55,105 nt of DNA from a virus. The notes under the pieces were generated by a model, which searched no databases, had not been told where the DNA came from, and was given only the letters and a program-made list of their open reading frames with translations. Each line of letters opens with the position of its first letter. The first letter of the stretch is position 1. Where the stretch lies: the UHGV virus genome UHGV-0308106; one strand, given 5' to 3'. The position numbers and the translations under genes were made by a program. Positions 29,130 through 38,366 of this stretch are shown here, piece after piece.

Positions 29130-30000
29130 CCTCCAGACACTGACAGCTAAAGCCCGTGAGCTGCGCGGCAACGTCGTTAAAGCGGCGAGCACAAAGGGAA
29201 GTCGCACCATGACTCCTGTCTATGACCGTGACGAGCAGCGCAAGCTACGCGAGCGCATCCAGCAGACACAGCCCGATTGGGTGTTGCTCTGGTGGGATAT
29301 TGCGACCGTAACCGGCTGGCGTACCAGCGACGTTTGCAACCTGCGCTATTCCTGCGTCAATTGGGAAACGGGGCAGGCGACAATTATCGTTGCCAAGCAG
29401 ACCAAAGCCGCCGAAGCGCGGGCAACCCGCAAAGGTATTGAAATTGTGCGCCAGCAGCGCAAGGACGCCGCGCGGCTCGCCGCTGACCATATCGCCTACA
29501 TGAAGTGGGATAGTATCGGTTGTGACGAACTGGCCGCCGATATGAACGACGAGGAACAGGCGATTGTGTTCGGGCTGGTGGCAAAGGCTGACGTCAAGCA
29601 CGACACCAAACAGTTACCGCCCGGCATTATCAAGCGGCTGCGTGACCGTCAGGATCGGAATCTGGTGGAGGACGACCTGGTATTTTCACGCTCTCAAATC
29701 GAAAGTAACCGTTGTCAACGTCTGGAAGGTAGCGTTACTCGCCAAACCATCTGGCGCAAACTTCATGGCGTCATGGCGTGGTTTACCCGTTTCATTAACG
29801 CTAAATTGCGCCTGAGCGCGTACTCAAGCCGAAAAATAGCAGCCTTTAATCTTATGTCCGCAGGTGGCGAACAGGGATTATTGGTGGCTTCTGAAATGCT
29901 GGGGCATAGCAACCCGGCGATAACTCGCACTTACCTTCAATTAGGCAGCAAAGCCGCCGCTATCCAGTCCCGTTTAGCAATGGAGGTGTGCCATGCGTAA
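29122..30000 (+). CDS. tyrosine recombinase-like protein (catalytic domain only)
   Basis: 292-aa from ATG 29122 (GGAGG SD); WDIATVTGWRTSDVCNL and C-terminal LGHSNPAITRTYLQ; no N-terminal core-binding domain. Confidence 0.55.
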   Translation: MFNLQTLTAKARELRGNVVKAASTKGSRTMTPVYDRDEQRKLRERIQQTQPDWVLLWWDIATVTGWRTSDVCNLRYSCVNWETGQATIIVAKQTKAAEARATRKGIEIVRQQRKDAARLAADHIAYMKWDSIGCDELAADMNDEEQAIVFGLVAKADVKHDTKQLPPGIIKRLRDRQDRNLVEDDLVFSRSQIESNRCQRLEGSVTRQTIWRKLHGVMAWFTRFINAKLRLSAYSSRKIAAFNLMSAGGEQGLLVASEMLGHSNPAITRTYLQLGSKAAAIQSRLAMEVCHA

Positions 30001-30172
30001 TCTCTTTCATATCACTGGCTACGCCGTCAATAAACGCGGCCTGACAGTCGGTTTTAGCTATCTCATCGACGCCGAGGACGCCATGCAGGCAAAAGTTAAT
30101 GCCATTGCTGAGGCGAAAGACGATGAACTCACCCACGTATCTATTGCCCGTATTCTGGAGGTGGCAGCATGA
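29993..30172 (+). CDS. hypothetical small protein
   Basis: 59-aa ORF not in track; GGAGG SD; coupled to neighbours. Confidence 0.35.
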   Translation: MRNLFHITGYAVNKRGLTVGFSYLIDAEDAMQAKVNAIAEAKDDELTHVSIARILEVAA

Positions 30173-30381
30173 GCAAAGTATCCCTGGCCGATTCAACCTG
30201 CCGTATCCAACAGGCGCAGGAAGTCCTGTCTCTCTGGCTTGAGGCGACGAATAAAAACGATAGCGGCACGGCTAAATTAATCGGCGCAATCATTTCCCTT
30301 CTGGATGGTATCCCCGAATTGATGGATTCAGTAGAGGATGAATTGGCTGGCATGGACTTAAAAGCGATGGATAAAGCATGA
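30169..30381 (+). CDS. hypothetical protein
   Basis: 70-aa ORF, ATGA coupling on both sides. Confidence 0.4.
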   Translation: MSKVSLADSTCRIQQAQEVLSLWLEATNKNDSGTAKLIGAIISLLDGIPELMDSVEDELAGMDLKAMDKA

Positions 30382-31004
30382 GCAACGTAGAGAAATTCAC
30401 ACCGGGAAATGCCGACTTATTACACGCCGAAGCCACACCGCACGGCGTAAACATCATGACCCGCAATGATGCCGGGATGTATGAGCATGTAGCCATTATC
30501 ACCTATGAGAGCGCTGTAAGCCGTCTGGATGCGGGAGAGTACGACGATACGCCAGATATCGGCTACGCCATTCATTTTGCCGTTGCTGATGGCGGGGCGC
30601 GTGGCTGGTTCGACTTTACCGCGCAGCATGAAGTAACCATGTGGCGCTGGCTGATTGCTGCGACGTTCGTTTCTGAGATGAAGCGCGAAAACGGCACAAC
30701 CTCCGTCACGGAGGCTGACGGCACAACATCGCAGGTGGCGATTTACTCCAATGGTAATGCGGGCATGGTGATTTACCCGTTTGCTGAACGGCTGGCGATG
30801 GCGAACAACATCGAGGGCGCAATGATTGAGCGATACGGCGTCGAACAGGGTACGGAAAAAGCCATTGTGTTTTATCAGGCCATGCTGGATACGGAGCGCG
30901 GCGAGCTTACCCCGTTCGGACGTGAAACGCTGGCAGAGCTACACGATCACTTCATTGCTGATCTGGATGAAAACGGCTGGCCTGAAATGCCAGCGGCGCA
31001 CTGA
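30378..31004 (+). CDS. hypothetical protein
   Basis: 208-aa ORF upstream of primase in same operon. Confidence 0.45.
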   Translation: MSNVEKFTPGNADLLHAEATPHGVNIMTRNDAGMYEHVAIITYESAVSRLDAGEYDDTPDIGYAIHFAVADGGARGWFDFTAQHEVTMWRWLIAATFVSEMKRENGTTSVTEADGTTSQVAIYSNGNAGMVIYPFAERLAMANNIEGAMIERYGVEQGTEKAIVFYQAMLDTERGELTPFGRETLAELHDHFIADLDENGWPEMPAAH

Positions 31005-31016
31005 GGGAGCGACACA

Positions 31017-33797
31017 ATGCGTAATATCGACCTTATCCGCGAAGTGACCAGCGCCGCAGCAGGGCGCTGGCCTTATGTGCTGGCTGGGTTGTCTATCGAC
31101 GTGCCTGATTCATCGCGCCGCCATTCTCCATGCCCTGCATGTGGTGGAAAAGACCGTTTCAGATTCGACGACAACGGGCGCGGTAGCTTTATCTGCAACC
31201 AGTGTGGCGCTGGTGACGGGCTGGATTTAATCAAGCGGGTTAACAACTGCGACACTACGGAGGCGGCACAGCTTGCCGCTGACGTGCTGGGTATTGATTA
31301 CCGGGCAGCGCAATCCGACCCGGTGGCAGCGAGCCATATAAGGGAGCAACTGGAAGCTGACCGCCAGCAGCGTGAGCAGGAGCGCCAGAAACAGGCAGCA
31401 GGGGACGCAGAGCAGCGAAGGGCTACGTTTGCCCGTCTGTATGCCGGAATGCGCCAGAGTGCCACACAGGGCGAATCTGATTACCTGCAATCAAAAGGGC
31501 TGACCGGGTTTAACTATCCGGTTATGCCTGATGGTTCGTTATTGCTGGAGCTGGTGGACGAATCCGGCGCAGTGGCAGCAGCGCAAACCATTACACCGCA
31601 GGGAGAGAAGCGACTCCTGACAGGTTCAGCAAAGCGCGGGGCATATCACGCCGTAAACGCGCCAGAATCGCCGCAGAGCGTTTTAATTGCCGAGGGGCTG
31701 GCGACGGCCCTTTCAGTTCACCTGATGCGCCCGGACGCGCTGGCAGTGGCAGCAATTGACGCGGGCAACCTGCTACCCGTTGCCGAAGTGATGCGCCGGA
31801 AGTACCCACAGGCACAAATCATCATTGCCGCAGATAACGACCAGATGGGCGAAAGTGACGGAATTAAAGGAGTGAAAGTTAACACTGGCAAGGAGGCCGC
31901 AGAGAAAGCCGCGAAAGCCGTTTCTGGCTGGGTTTCCATGCCACCAGTGGACTATAAAGCGGACTGGAACGACTACCACCAGCAATACGGCCTCGAAGCG
32001 GCCACAGCAGCATTTAACGACTCAATGTATCAACCGGAGGGTAAGAAAGTGGGTGCGACACTGACAGCTATCGACGGCGGCAAGAAAAAACTTGGTATCG
32101 ACGACGATCTGAAACCGCGAGTAGAGAGCCGTGCGGATGGCATTCACTGGATCACCCCGAAAGTGGACAAAGACACAGGAGAAATTATCAATACCGAGGC
32201 GTGGCTATGCTCTCCGCTGGAGATTGCTGGTGCGGGGAGTGATAACGCCAGACAGCGCTTTCTGATCCTGCGTTGGGACGTCCCCGGCAACCGGGGGCAA
32301 GTTACCCGTGCGCTTCCATGGGAGGACATTGGCGACCGTGAGGGATGGCGCACGCTGAAAAACGGCGGTGTCAGTGTGACAACCAAACCATCGTTGCGGG
32401 CAATTCTGGCCGACTGGCTGCAGCGAACTGGTAGCGGCAAGGAATGGCAGATCAGCCACACCACAGGCTGGCACAACGGGGCGTACATCATGCCGGATGG
32501 TGATGTTATTGGTGAGCCAGAGATACCGCTGTTATTCAGTGGTCGGAGTGCGGCGGCTGGTGGCTATACCGTCAGTGGAACGCCGGAAAGCTGGCGTGAT
32601 TCGGTGGCGCGTCTTGCGCTGGGAAACCCGTCAATGATGCTGGGCGTTGCTGCTGCGCTTTCTGCGCCGCTGATCGGGCTTGTTGGCGCTGACGGGTTCG
32701 GCGTGCATCTTTTCGAGCAGTCCAGCGCAGGGAAGACAACCACCGCCAACATTGCCAGCAGTTTATACGGTGAACCGGATGCCTTGCGCCTTACCTGGTA
32801 CGGTACAGCGCTGGGTATCGCCAACGAAGCGGAAGCGCATAACGACAGCCTGTTACCGCTGGATGAAGTGGGGCAGGGCAGTAGCGCCAAAGACGTTGCT
32901 ACGTCTGCTTACACGCTGTTTAACGGTGCCGGAAAGCTACAGGGGGCCAAGGAGGGCGGCAACCGTGAGTTAAAGCGCTGGCGCACCGTGGCGATCAGTA
33001 CCGGGGAAATGGACATTGAGACGTTTCTTTCTGCTGGTGGGCTGAAAGTTAAGGCCGGGCAACTGGTGCGATTGCTTAATTTACCGATGGAGAAATCAGT
33101 AACGCACCATGAGTACCAGAACGGGAAGCAACACGCCGACGCACTCAAAGAGGCTTACCAGACGAACCACGGAGCCGCAGGCCGTGAATGGATTAAATGG
33201 CTTGCAGGCCACCAGCAGGAGGCAAAACAAGCTGTCAGGGCGGCGCAAGAGCGCTGGCGCAGTCTTATCCCCGCTGATTATGGCGAACAGGTTCATCGTG
33301 TCGGTGAGCGGTTCGCCATTCTGGAGGCGGCGCTGGTGCTGGGGATGCCTGTCACTGGTTGGGGGGAGCAGGAAAGTCGGGACGCTATCCAGCATGGCTT
33401 TAATGCTTGGGTAAAAGAGTTTGGCACGGGGAACCGTGAGCATAAGCAGATCATCGAGCAGGCAGAGGCGTTTCTTAATGCCTACGGCATGAGCCGTTTC
33501 GCGCCGTTCCCGTATAGCCCGGCTGACATGCCGATCCGGGATTTAGCCGGATACCGTCAGAAAGGTGAGCATGACGAAAGCCCCGTAGTGTTCTACACCT
33601 TTCCGGCTGCGTTCGAAAAGGAGATAGCGCAGGGCTTTAATGCGAAACAGTTTGCCCGTGTGCTGGCCGGGGCTGGGGTACTGAAACCGCCAGCCAGCGG
33701 AAGGGGATATCAGCGTAAATCCCCGCGAATTGATGGACGCCAGATAAACGTTTATGTGCTCCAGCTACGACCCGACGAGATAGAGGGCGAAGAATAA
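31017..33797 (+). CDS. primase-helicase (P4 alpha-like)
   Basis: 926-aa; zinc ribbon CPACGG...CNQCG; TOPRIM-like AEGLATALSVH and IIAADNDQ; P-loop-like SSAGKTT. Confidence 0.9.
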   Translation: MRNIDLIREVTSAAAGRWPYVLAGLSIDVPDSSRRHSPCPACGGKDRFRFDDNGRGSFICNQCGAGDGLDLIKRVNNCDTTEAAQLAADVLGIDYRAAQSDPVAASHIREQLEADRQQREQERQKQAAGDAEQRRATFARLYAGMRQSATQGESDYLQSKGLTGFNYPVMPDGSLLLELVDESGAVAAAQTITPQGEKRLLTGSAKRGAYHAVNAPESPQSVLIAEGLATALSVHLMRPDALAVAAIDAGNLLPVAEVMRRKYPQAQIIIAADNDQMGESDGIKGVKVNTGKEAAEKAAKAVSGWVSMPPVDYKADWNDYHQQYGLEAATAAFNDSMYQPEGKKVGATLTAIDGGKKKLGIDDDLKPRVESRADGIHWITPKVDKDTGEIINTEAWLCSPLEIAGAGSDNARQRFLILRWDVPGNRGQVTRALPWEDIGDREGWRTLKNGGVSVTTKPSLRAILADWLQRTGSGKEWQISHTTGWHNGAYIMPDGDVIGEPEIPLLFSGRSAAAGGYTVSGTPESWRDSVARLALGNPSMMLGVAAALSAPLIGLVGADGFGVHLFEQSSAGKTTTANIASSLYGEPDALRLTWYGTALGIANEAEAHNDSLLPLDEVGQGSSAKDVATSAYTLFNGAGKLQGAKEGGNRELKRWRTVAISTGEMDIETFLSAGGLKVKAGQLVRLLNLPMEKSVTHHEYQNGKQHADALKEAYQTNHGAAGREWIKWLAGHQQEAKQAVRAAQERWRSLIPADYGEQVHRVGERFAILEAALVLGMPVTGWGEQESRDAIQHGFNAWVKEFGTGNREHKQIIEQAEAFLNAYGMSRFAPFPYSPADMPIRDLAGYRQKGEHDESPVVFYTFPAAFEKEIAQGFNAKQFARVLAGAGVLKPPASGRGYQRKSPRIDGRQINVYVLQLRPDEIEGEE

Positions 33798-33811
33798 AAC
33801 ACACATACGAG

Positions 33812-34104
33812 ATGTTTTTTTGTTGGTTCAGTTGGTTCAGTAACTATTTAATTAAGATAAGTATATGTATTTAATATATTTCTATACCCATAAGTGAACC
33901 AACACTGAACCAACAAATACCCATTTTGAACCAACAAATGCCGCTATTGAACCAACGCCCTTTTCTGGCTGGCCTGTAAATCTTTCCCACTGAACCAACA
34001 CGAAAATAGCGTTTGTTGGTTCAAAACAAGGCTTTGTTGGTTCACTCCTCAAGAAATAATCCTTACAAAACAACAATCTTTACAAATTGAACCAACTGAA
34101 CCAA
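33812..34104. repeat. iteron array / candidate origin of replication
   Basis: 12 copies of GAACCAAC in both orientations (e.g. 33812, 33821, 33886, 33897, 33918, 33939, 33982, 34005, 34026, 34079, 34088, 34097) flanking an AT-rich tract 33830-33880. Confidence 0.65.
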
Positions 34105-34397
34105 CTGAACCAACATGTTTTTGTTTATCTATAGAGTTTTTTCGGAGAGTAATTACGAATTTGGAGGGGCATCGCCTAAGCGACAGTATGCGGAAACGGC
34201 AACTTTGCGGAGCGGAAAAGAAAAAGCCCGCGCTGGAGAGGCGAGGGCTTTTGTTAACCATGTTTATGCAATCACACAATGGTGGATCACCGTCATAGTA
34301 CCACGTCGATTTATCATTTCAATGTACGCAATGATGTTTACTAATATTGCAATTTATGCAATGATCAGAATTTAAACAACGCAAAAGGTTATGAACA

Positions 34398-34961
34398 ATG
34401 AAACAGATAACCAATGTTAATCTGGAAAGTGATAACGCTGGTGGTACAGTCGAGGTGACTTACTCCGATGATACGTTCGAAAGGCTGACCTGTTCGCTGC
34501 CTGTGGCTCTCGTCATTGCGAACCTTGCAACGACGCTTAAGCAGGAACGTGCAACACGCATTGCAACCGGCGACCGCCTGCGCCGGATGTATACCCGCGA
34601 TAGTGACATGATTACCCGCAGCGGCAGCGGCGCTTCTACGACCTCCACCGCGCCAACGTCAATGGACGCTGAATTTATGCGCCTGGTACGCGCTGTAGCA
34701 CCAAAGTATGACAACGCCCTTCCTGATACCGATCCTCGCCTTGTTGCGCTTGATGTGCTGCGTTACGCACCCGCTGAGGCATTCAGTGCGGTACACCCGA
34801 CCCCGCTATCAGAGATTCAGCTTGATCAGGCTATCGACGTTCTGGAACAGGTTGGCGACTACATGCGAGTTAACAACGTTTCACCGAAGATTCTCACCAC
34901 AGGCGACGCCATTCGCAGCATTAACACCGACAACGCCAGTTTCTGGCATCGCACGAAGTAA
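34398..34961 (+). CDS. hypothetical protein with scaffold-like C-terminal motif
   Basis: 187-aa; C-terminus TTGDAIRSINTDNASFWHRTK resembles helper 24387-25619 C-terminus. Confidence 0.5.
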   Translation: MKQITNVNLESDNAGGTVEVTYSDDTFERLTCSLPVALVIANLATTLKQERATRIATGDRLRRMYTRDSDMITRSGSGASTTSTAPTSMDAEFMRLVRAVAPKYDNALPDTDPRLVALDVLRYAPAEAFSAVHPTPLSEIQLDQAIDVLEQVGDYMRVNNVSPKILTTGDAIRSINTDNASFWHRTK

Positions 34962-34967
34962 GGAGCA

Positions 34968-35162
34968 ATGAGCATGGCTATTTATGACCCGAAATTAGCA
35001 GCAGGAAACCCGCAAAGCGCCGGGCGTAAACTCTTTGGCCGTGAACAGGCCGAGCAATTGCGGATGCGTAACAACTTCAACAACGAATGCCGCAATCTGG
35101 AAAAAGTCAACGAAGCGAATGCAAAGTTCTGGAGTGAACAGGATGAAAAAGCCAAACGTTAA
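34968..35162 (+). CDS. hypothetical small protein
   Basis: 64-aa; contains NAKFW near C-terminus. Confidence 0.4.
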   Translation: MSMAIYDPKLAAGNPQSAGRKLFGREQAEQLRMRNNFNNECRNLEKVNEANAKFWSEQDEKAKR

Positions 35163-35310
35163 GCCGGTATTACTCTCTGGCGACCAGTTCGCCGCAATCT
35201 GCAAGATCCAGGAGCGCGAACGCCAGCGCTCCGATATTGGCGTAGCGCCGTCTGTCCATCAAATTGCCCGTGGGCTGGTGGCGAAAGCGCTGGCATCAAT
35301 TCAGGAATAA
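35143..35310 (+). CDS. hypothetical small protein
   Basis: 55-aa from ATG 35143 with GGAG SD. Confidence 0.3.
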   Translation: MKKPNVKPVLLSGDQFAAICKIQERERQRSDIGVAPSVHQIARGLVAKALASIQE

Positions 35311-35315
35311 CGACT

Positions 35316-36383
35316 ATGTCATATAACTGGATGCGCCATTTCGAGCTACAGCTCATCGATGAGAATGGCAAAGGAATTAGCCTTAGTGATTTCAAAGTTA
35401 CCTTTGATATAGAGCGTAACGATAACAAATGGCCAGCTGTTGCGACGGTCAAGATCTACAACCTTTCACCAACTACTCAGAACCGTATTATGCAACGTGA
35501 GTTTGCCAAAATTGTGTTGATAGCGGGGTATGATGGTCGTGCGCAGGATGTAAGGGCAAGTGATGTGGGGATTGCACGTGAAATATCAGCAAGCGAAGTG
35601 GGCCAGGCTAACGGCGCAAACTACGGAGTCATTTTCAGCGGTGATATCCGCTTCACTGTGACCGGAAAAGATAACCCTGTCGATTCATGGGTACAGGTGC
35701 AGGCTTGTGACTCTGTGGAGGCGTTTACCAGCGCATTTATCAACACCACTATCAGCAAAGGCTACACCACAGAAGATATTTATGTTGAGCTTATGAAAAG
35801 GCTGGAACCTTACGGCATTTCTCGCGGTATTGTTCCTGAATTCCCGGCAACGGTATTTCCTCGCGGTCGAGCCCTCTTTGGCTATGTCCATAACTATCTC
35901 GATGAAGTGGCCGCGCAGTGCAAAGCCACTTGGCAATTCAACTATGGAAAAGTCGATATTGTTCCCAGAGACAAGGCCACTCATGAAGCTGTGGTTCTCA
36001 ACGCTAATACCGGGCTTATCGGTATGCCTCAGCAGACCATCGGTGCGGGTGTGAATGTCAAATGCCTGATTAACTCACGGATTCACCTGAACGGGCTTAT
36101 CCAACTGGATCAGGCTTCGGTATATCGTAGCGCCTTATCTGCGGATCAAATTGCCCAAGCTGGTGGGCCAATTTCGGTGGAAAGCCAAAACGGAAACCTT
36201 GTCACTACTGGATTAACGCAGAGTCCGGCGAGCATTGCTACCGATGGTATCTATAAGGTTCGGTATATCAGTTACACGGGCGACACGCGCGGTCAAGCGT
36301 GGTATATGGATCTGGCGTGTGAGGCTCGCGGGAATTCTGATTTATTTTCAAGTTCATTTATGAATAAGCAGAGTGAAGAATGA
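35316..36383 (+). CDS. baseplate hub-like protein (paralog of 47472-48536)
   Basis: 355-aa; about 70 percent identical by eye to helper hub-like protein (MSYNWMRHFELQLID vs MSLNWMRHFELQLLD). Confidence 0.5.
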   Translation: MSYNWMRHFELQLIDENGKGISLSDFKVTFDIERNDNKWPAVATVKIYNLSPTTQNRIMQREFAKIVLIAGYDGRAQDVRASDVGIAREISASEVGQANGANYGVIFSGDIRFTVTGKDNPVDSWVQVQACDSVEAFTSAFINTTISKGYTTEDIYVELMKRLEPYGISRGIVPEFPATVFPRGRALFGYVHNYLDEVAAQCKATWQFNYGKVDIVPRDKATHEAVVLNANTGLIGMPQQTIGAGVNVKCLINSRIHLNGLIQLDQASVYRSALSADQIAQAGGPISVESQNGNLVTTGLTQSPASIATDGIYKVRYISYTGDTRGQAWYMDLACEARGNSDLFSSSFMNKQSEE

Positions 36384-36724
36384 AGAAGATTATTTTACTG
36401 ATTGGTTTATTGGGCGCATCTGGAAGTCATGCTGCGCAGGTTATTACCATGCAGTGCGGAAACTTTCGCTTTGAGATGATAGAAAACTCGATGGCGAGAA
36501 TTAATGGTGAGTATGTAACATCTCAGAAAATTACAGAGTTCGGACAGAACGGGGCAAAAGTAGAAATGACGCTTATGCCTGCCAGCGATGGGAATCTGTA
36601 TGGGTTTGAATACATCCATCCTGACGGTAGCAAAAAGCGCTGGCTGAATGTTGAGCTTATCCGCACCAATATGAATCAGGCGCGGATCATTGGCTCGTTT
36701 GATTGTAAGCGCGTGAAGGGGTAA
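36380..36724 (+). CDS. secreted small protein (paralog of 48549-48893)
   Basis: 114-aa; signal peptide MKKIILLIGLLGASGSHA; two Cys; shared C-terminal DCRKVK. Confidence 0.5.
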   Translation: MKKIILLIGLLGASGSHAAQVITMQCGNFRFEMIENSMARINGEYVTSQKITEFGQNGAKVEMTLMPASDGNLYGFEYIHPDGSKKRWLNVELIRTNMNQARIIGSFDCKRVKG

Positions 36725-36732
36725 GGGGAATC

Positions 36733-37395
36733 ATGCCATTCATTCGACCCGCAAATGAGCAGGATGTAACACAGCTTGTTCAGGACAATGCTAAAGCATC
36801 TGTAACCAATGCGTTACCTGGCATTATTCGTTCGTTCGATCCCGAAACTGTCACCTGCGATGTTGATATAGCCATTACGGCAAGAATGACGAAGGCTGGC
36901 ACAATGGGTGAAGATTTCCAGTATGAGTCCGTCCGCTATCCGATTCTTAACGATTTGCCTGTGGTTTTTCCGCGCGGGGGCGGAGTTACGCTTACTTTCC
37001 CGGTTAAAGATGGTGATGAATGCCTCATCGTATTCTCTTCGCGTTCGATTGATTTCTGGTGGCAGAACGGCGGTGTGCAGGAGCGAGCTGATGGGCGTAT
37101 TTTAGATCTGTCTGATGCGTTCGTTATTCCTGGCCCCCAATCACAGGTAAAGAAGATATCCAATATCAGTACCAACGCTGCGCAGCTGCGTACAGATGAT
37201 GGAGCGGCATTTGTAGAGGTGTCCGCTGGTGGAGCCATTACTATTACCAGCTCTCAAATCACCCTTAACGGGCCCGTGCAGGTAAACGGAACGATCACTT
37301 CCACTGGCGACCAAACGGCCAACGGTATCAGCCAGATTAACCATACCCACGGCGGCGTACAATCAGGCGGCAGCAACACAGGAAAACCACAATGA
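36733..37395 (+). CDS. baseplate spike protein gpV-like (paralog of 49430-50170)
   Basis: 220-aa; PGIIRSFDPETVTC, FPRGGG, C-terminal HTHGGVQSGG; about 65 percent identical to helper gpV. Confidence 0.7.
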   Translation: MPFIRPANEQDVTQLVQDNAKASVTNALPGIIRSFDPETVTCDVDIAITARMTKAGTMGEDFQYESVRYPILNDLPVVFPRGGGVTLTFPVKDGDECLIVFSSRSIDFWWQNGGVQERADGRILDLSDAFVIPGPQSQVKKISNISTNAAQLRTDDGAAFVEVSAGGAITITSSQITLNGPVQVNGTITSTGDQTANGISQINHTHGGVQSGGSNTGKPQ

Positions 37396-37571
37396 GCAAT
37401 ATTGAAAAACTGAAACCAGAAGAAAGCGGATCCAGCCAGAATGGTAAGGTTCGTACCTGGCTGGATGATATCAACGGGCAGCCGGAACCAGATGGTATTG
37501 GCAGCTTCGGTGAGAGTGCGATCTGCGAAGAATCACGCACAGCGGAAACCATGCGAAATAACGTAGGGTGA
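37392..37571 (+). CDS. hypothetical small protein
   Basis: 59-aa ORF, ATGA overlap with gpV-like stop. Confidence 0.3.
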   Translation: MSNIEKLKPEESGSSQNGKVRTWLDDINGQPEPDGIGSFGESAICEESRTAETMRNNVG

Positions 37572-37599
37572 CGGTCAGATGACGTGATCTGTAACTTTA

Positions 37600-37647
37600 A
37601 GTAGCGGTGCAGGGGCAGAACTCAGCACGCTACTTTTATTTTCTTTG
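37600..37647 (+). terminator. intrinsic terminator upstream of orphan small-terminase paralog
   Basis: agtagcggtgc...gcacgctact stem with one bulge, followed by tttattttctttg. Confidence 0.5.
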
Positions 37648-37661
37648 TCAAAAGGTGAACA

Positions 37662-38135
37662 ATGGCGGCATTACCAACAATGGCTAAGGTTATGATTATT
37701 CAATCATTAGCTTGCTACGAACCCCCTTCCAGAATCGTTGAGCTTGTAAAACAAGATTTTGGCATCGTCGTTACCCGGCAGCAGATATCGGCCTACAACC
37801 CTGAAAATACAATGGCAAAAAATCTTAGCCAAAAATGGGTAGAACTCTTTAATCACACTCGCGCCCGCTTCCAGAGTGAAATATCCGAGATCCCTATCGC
37901 TAACAAAGCGTACCGGCTGCGTATGCTCGATCGCATGGCTAACCGTGCAGAGGCAATCAAGAATTACGCATTAACAGCGCAGCTTATTGAACAGGCCGCG
38001 AAAGAGTGCGGGGACGCTTACACCAACAAATTAAAGGTTGAAACAACGGGTAAAGATGGTGGTCCGATCAGAACGGAAACAACGAACTTAACCGCCGAAG
38101 AAGCCGGGGAGGCATACCGCAAATTTATGGGATAA
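37662..38135 (+). CDS. small terminase paralog (orphan)
   Basis: 157-aa; same length as 19876-20349 product, C-terminal half nearly identical; no large terminase or portal follows. Confidence 0.5.
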   Translation: MAALPTMAKVMIIQSLACYEPPSRIVELVKQDFGIVVTRQQISAYNPENTMAKNLSQKWVELFNHTRARFQSEISEIPIANKAYRLRMLDRMANRAEAIKNYALTAQLIEQAAKECGDAYTNKLKVETTGKDGGPIRTETTNLTAEEAGEAYRKFMG

Positions 38136-38366
38136 CCACCAGCGCCGTGACACGTCACACGCAAAAATAGCACCGCCCATTAATGGGCTGGTGGCACAGC
38201 TTGCATATTGAAATTCCCTGTAAATCTTACAGATCTGGTATTGAGTAACTTACCCCATTCAGCGCCATACATCACAGAGCAGCCTATGGACTACACACAA
38301 AATCAGGCTGCAAATAAATCCTTATATTTCAGTTGATTAAATAATAGCCTTGCATTCCTGTACCGG

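Noticed and set aside
33812-34104. Possible CRISPR array suggested by the repeated octamer
   Set aside because: Repeats are only 8 bp, occur in both orientations with irregular spacing and no cas genes; fits origin iterons instead.
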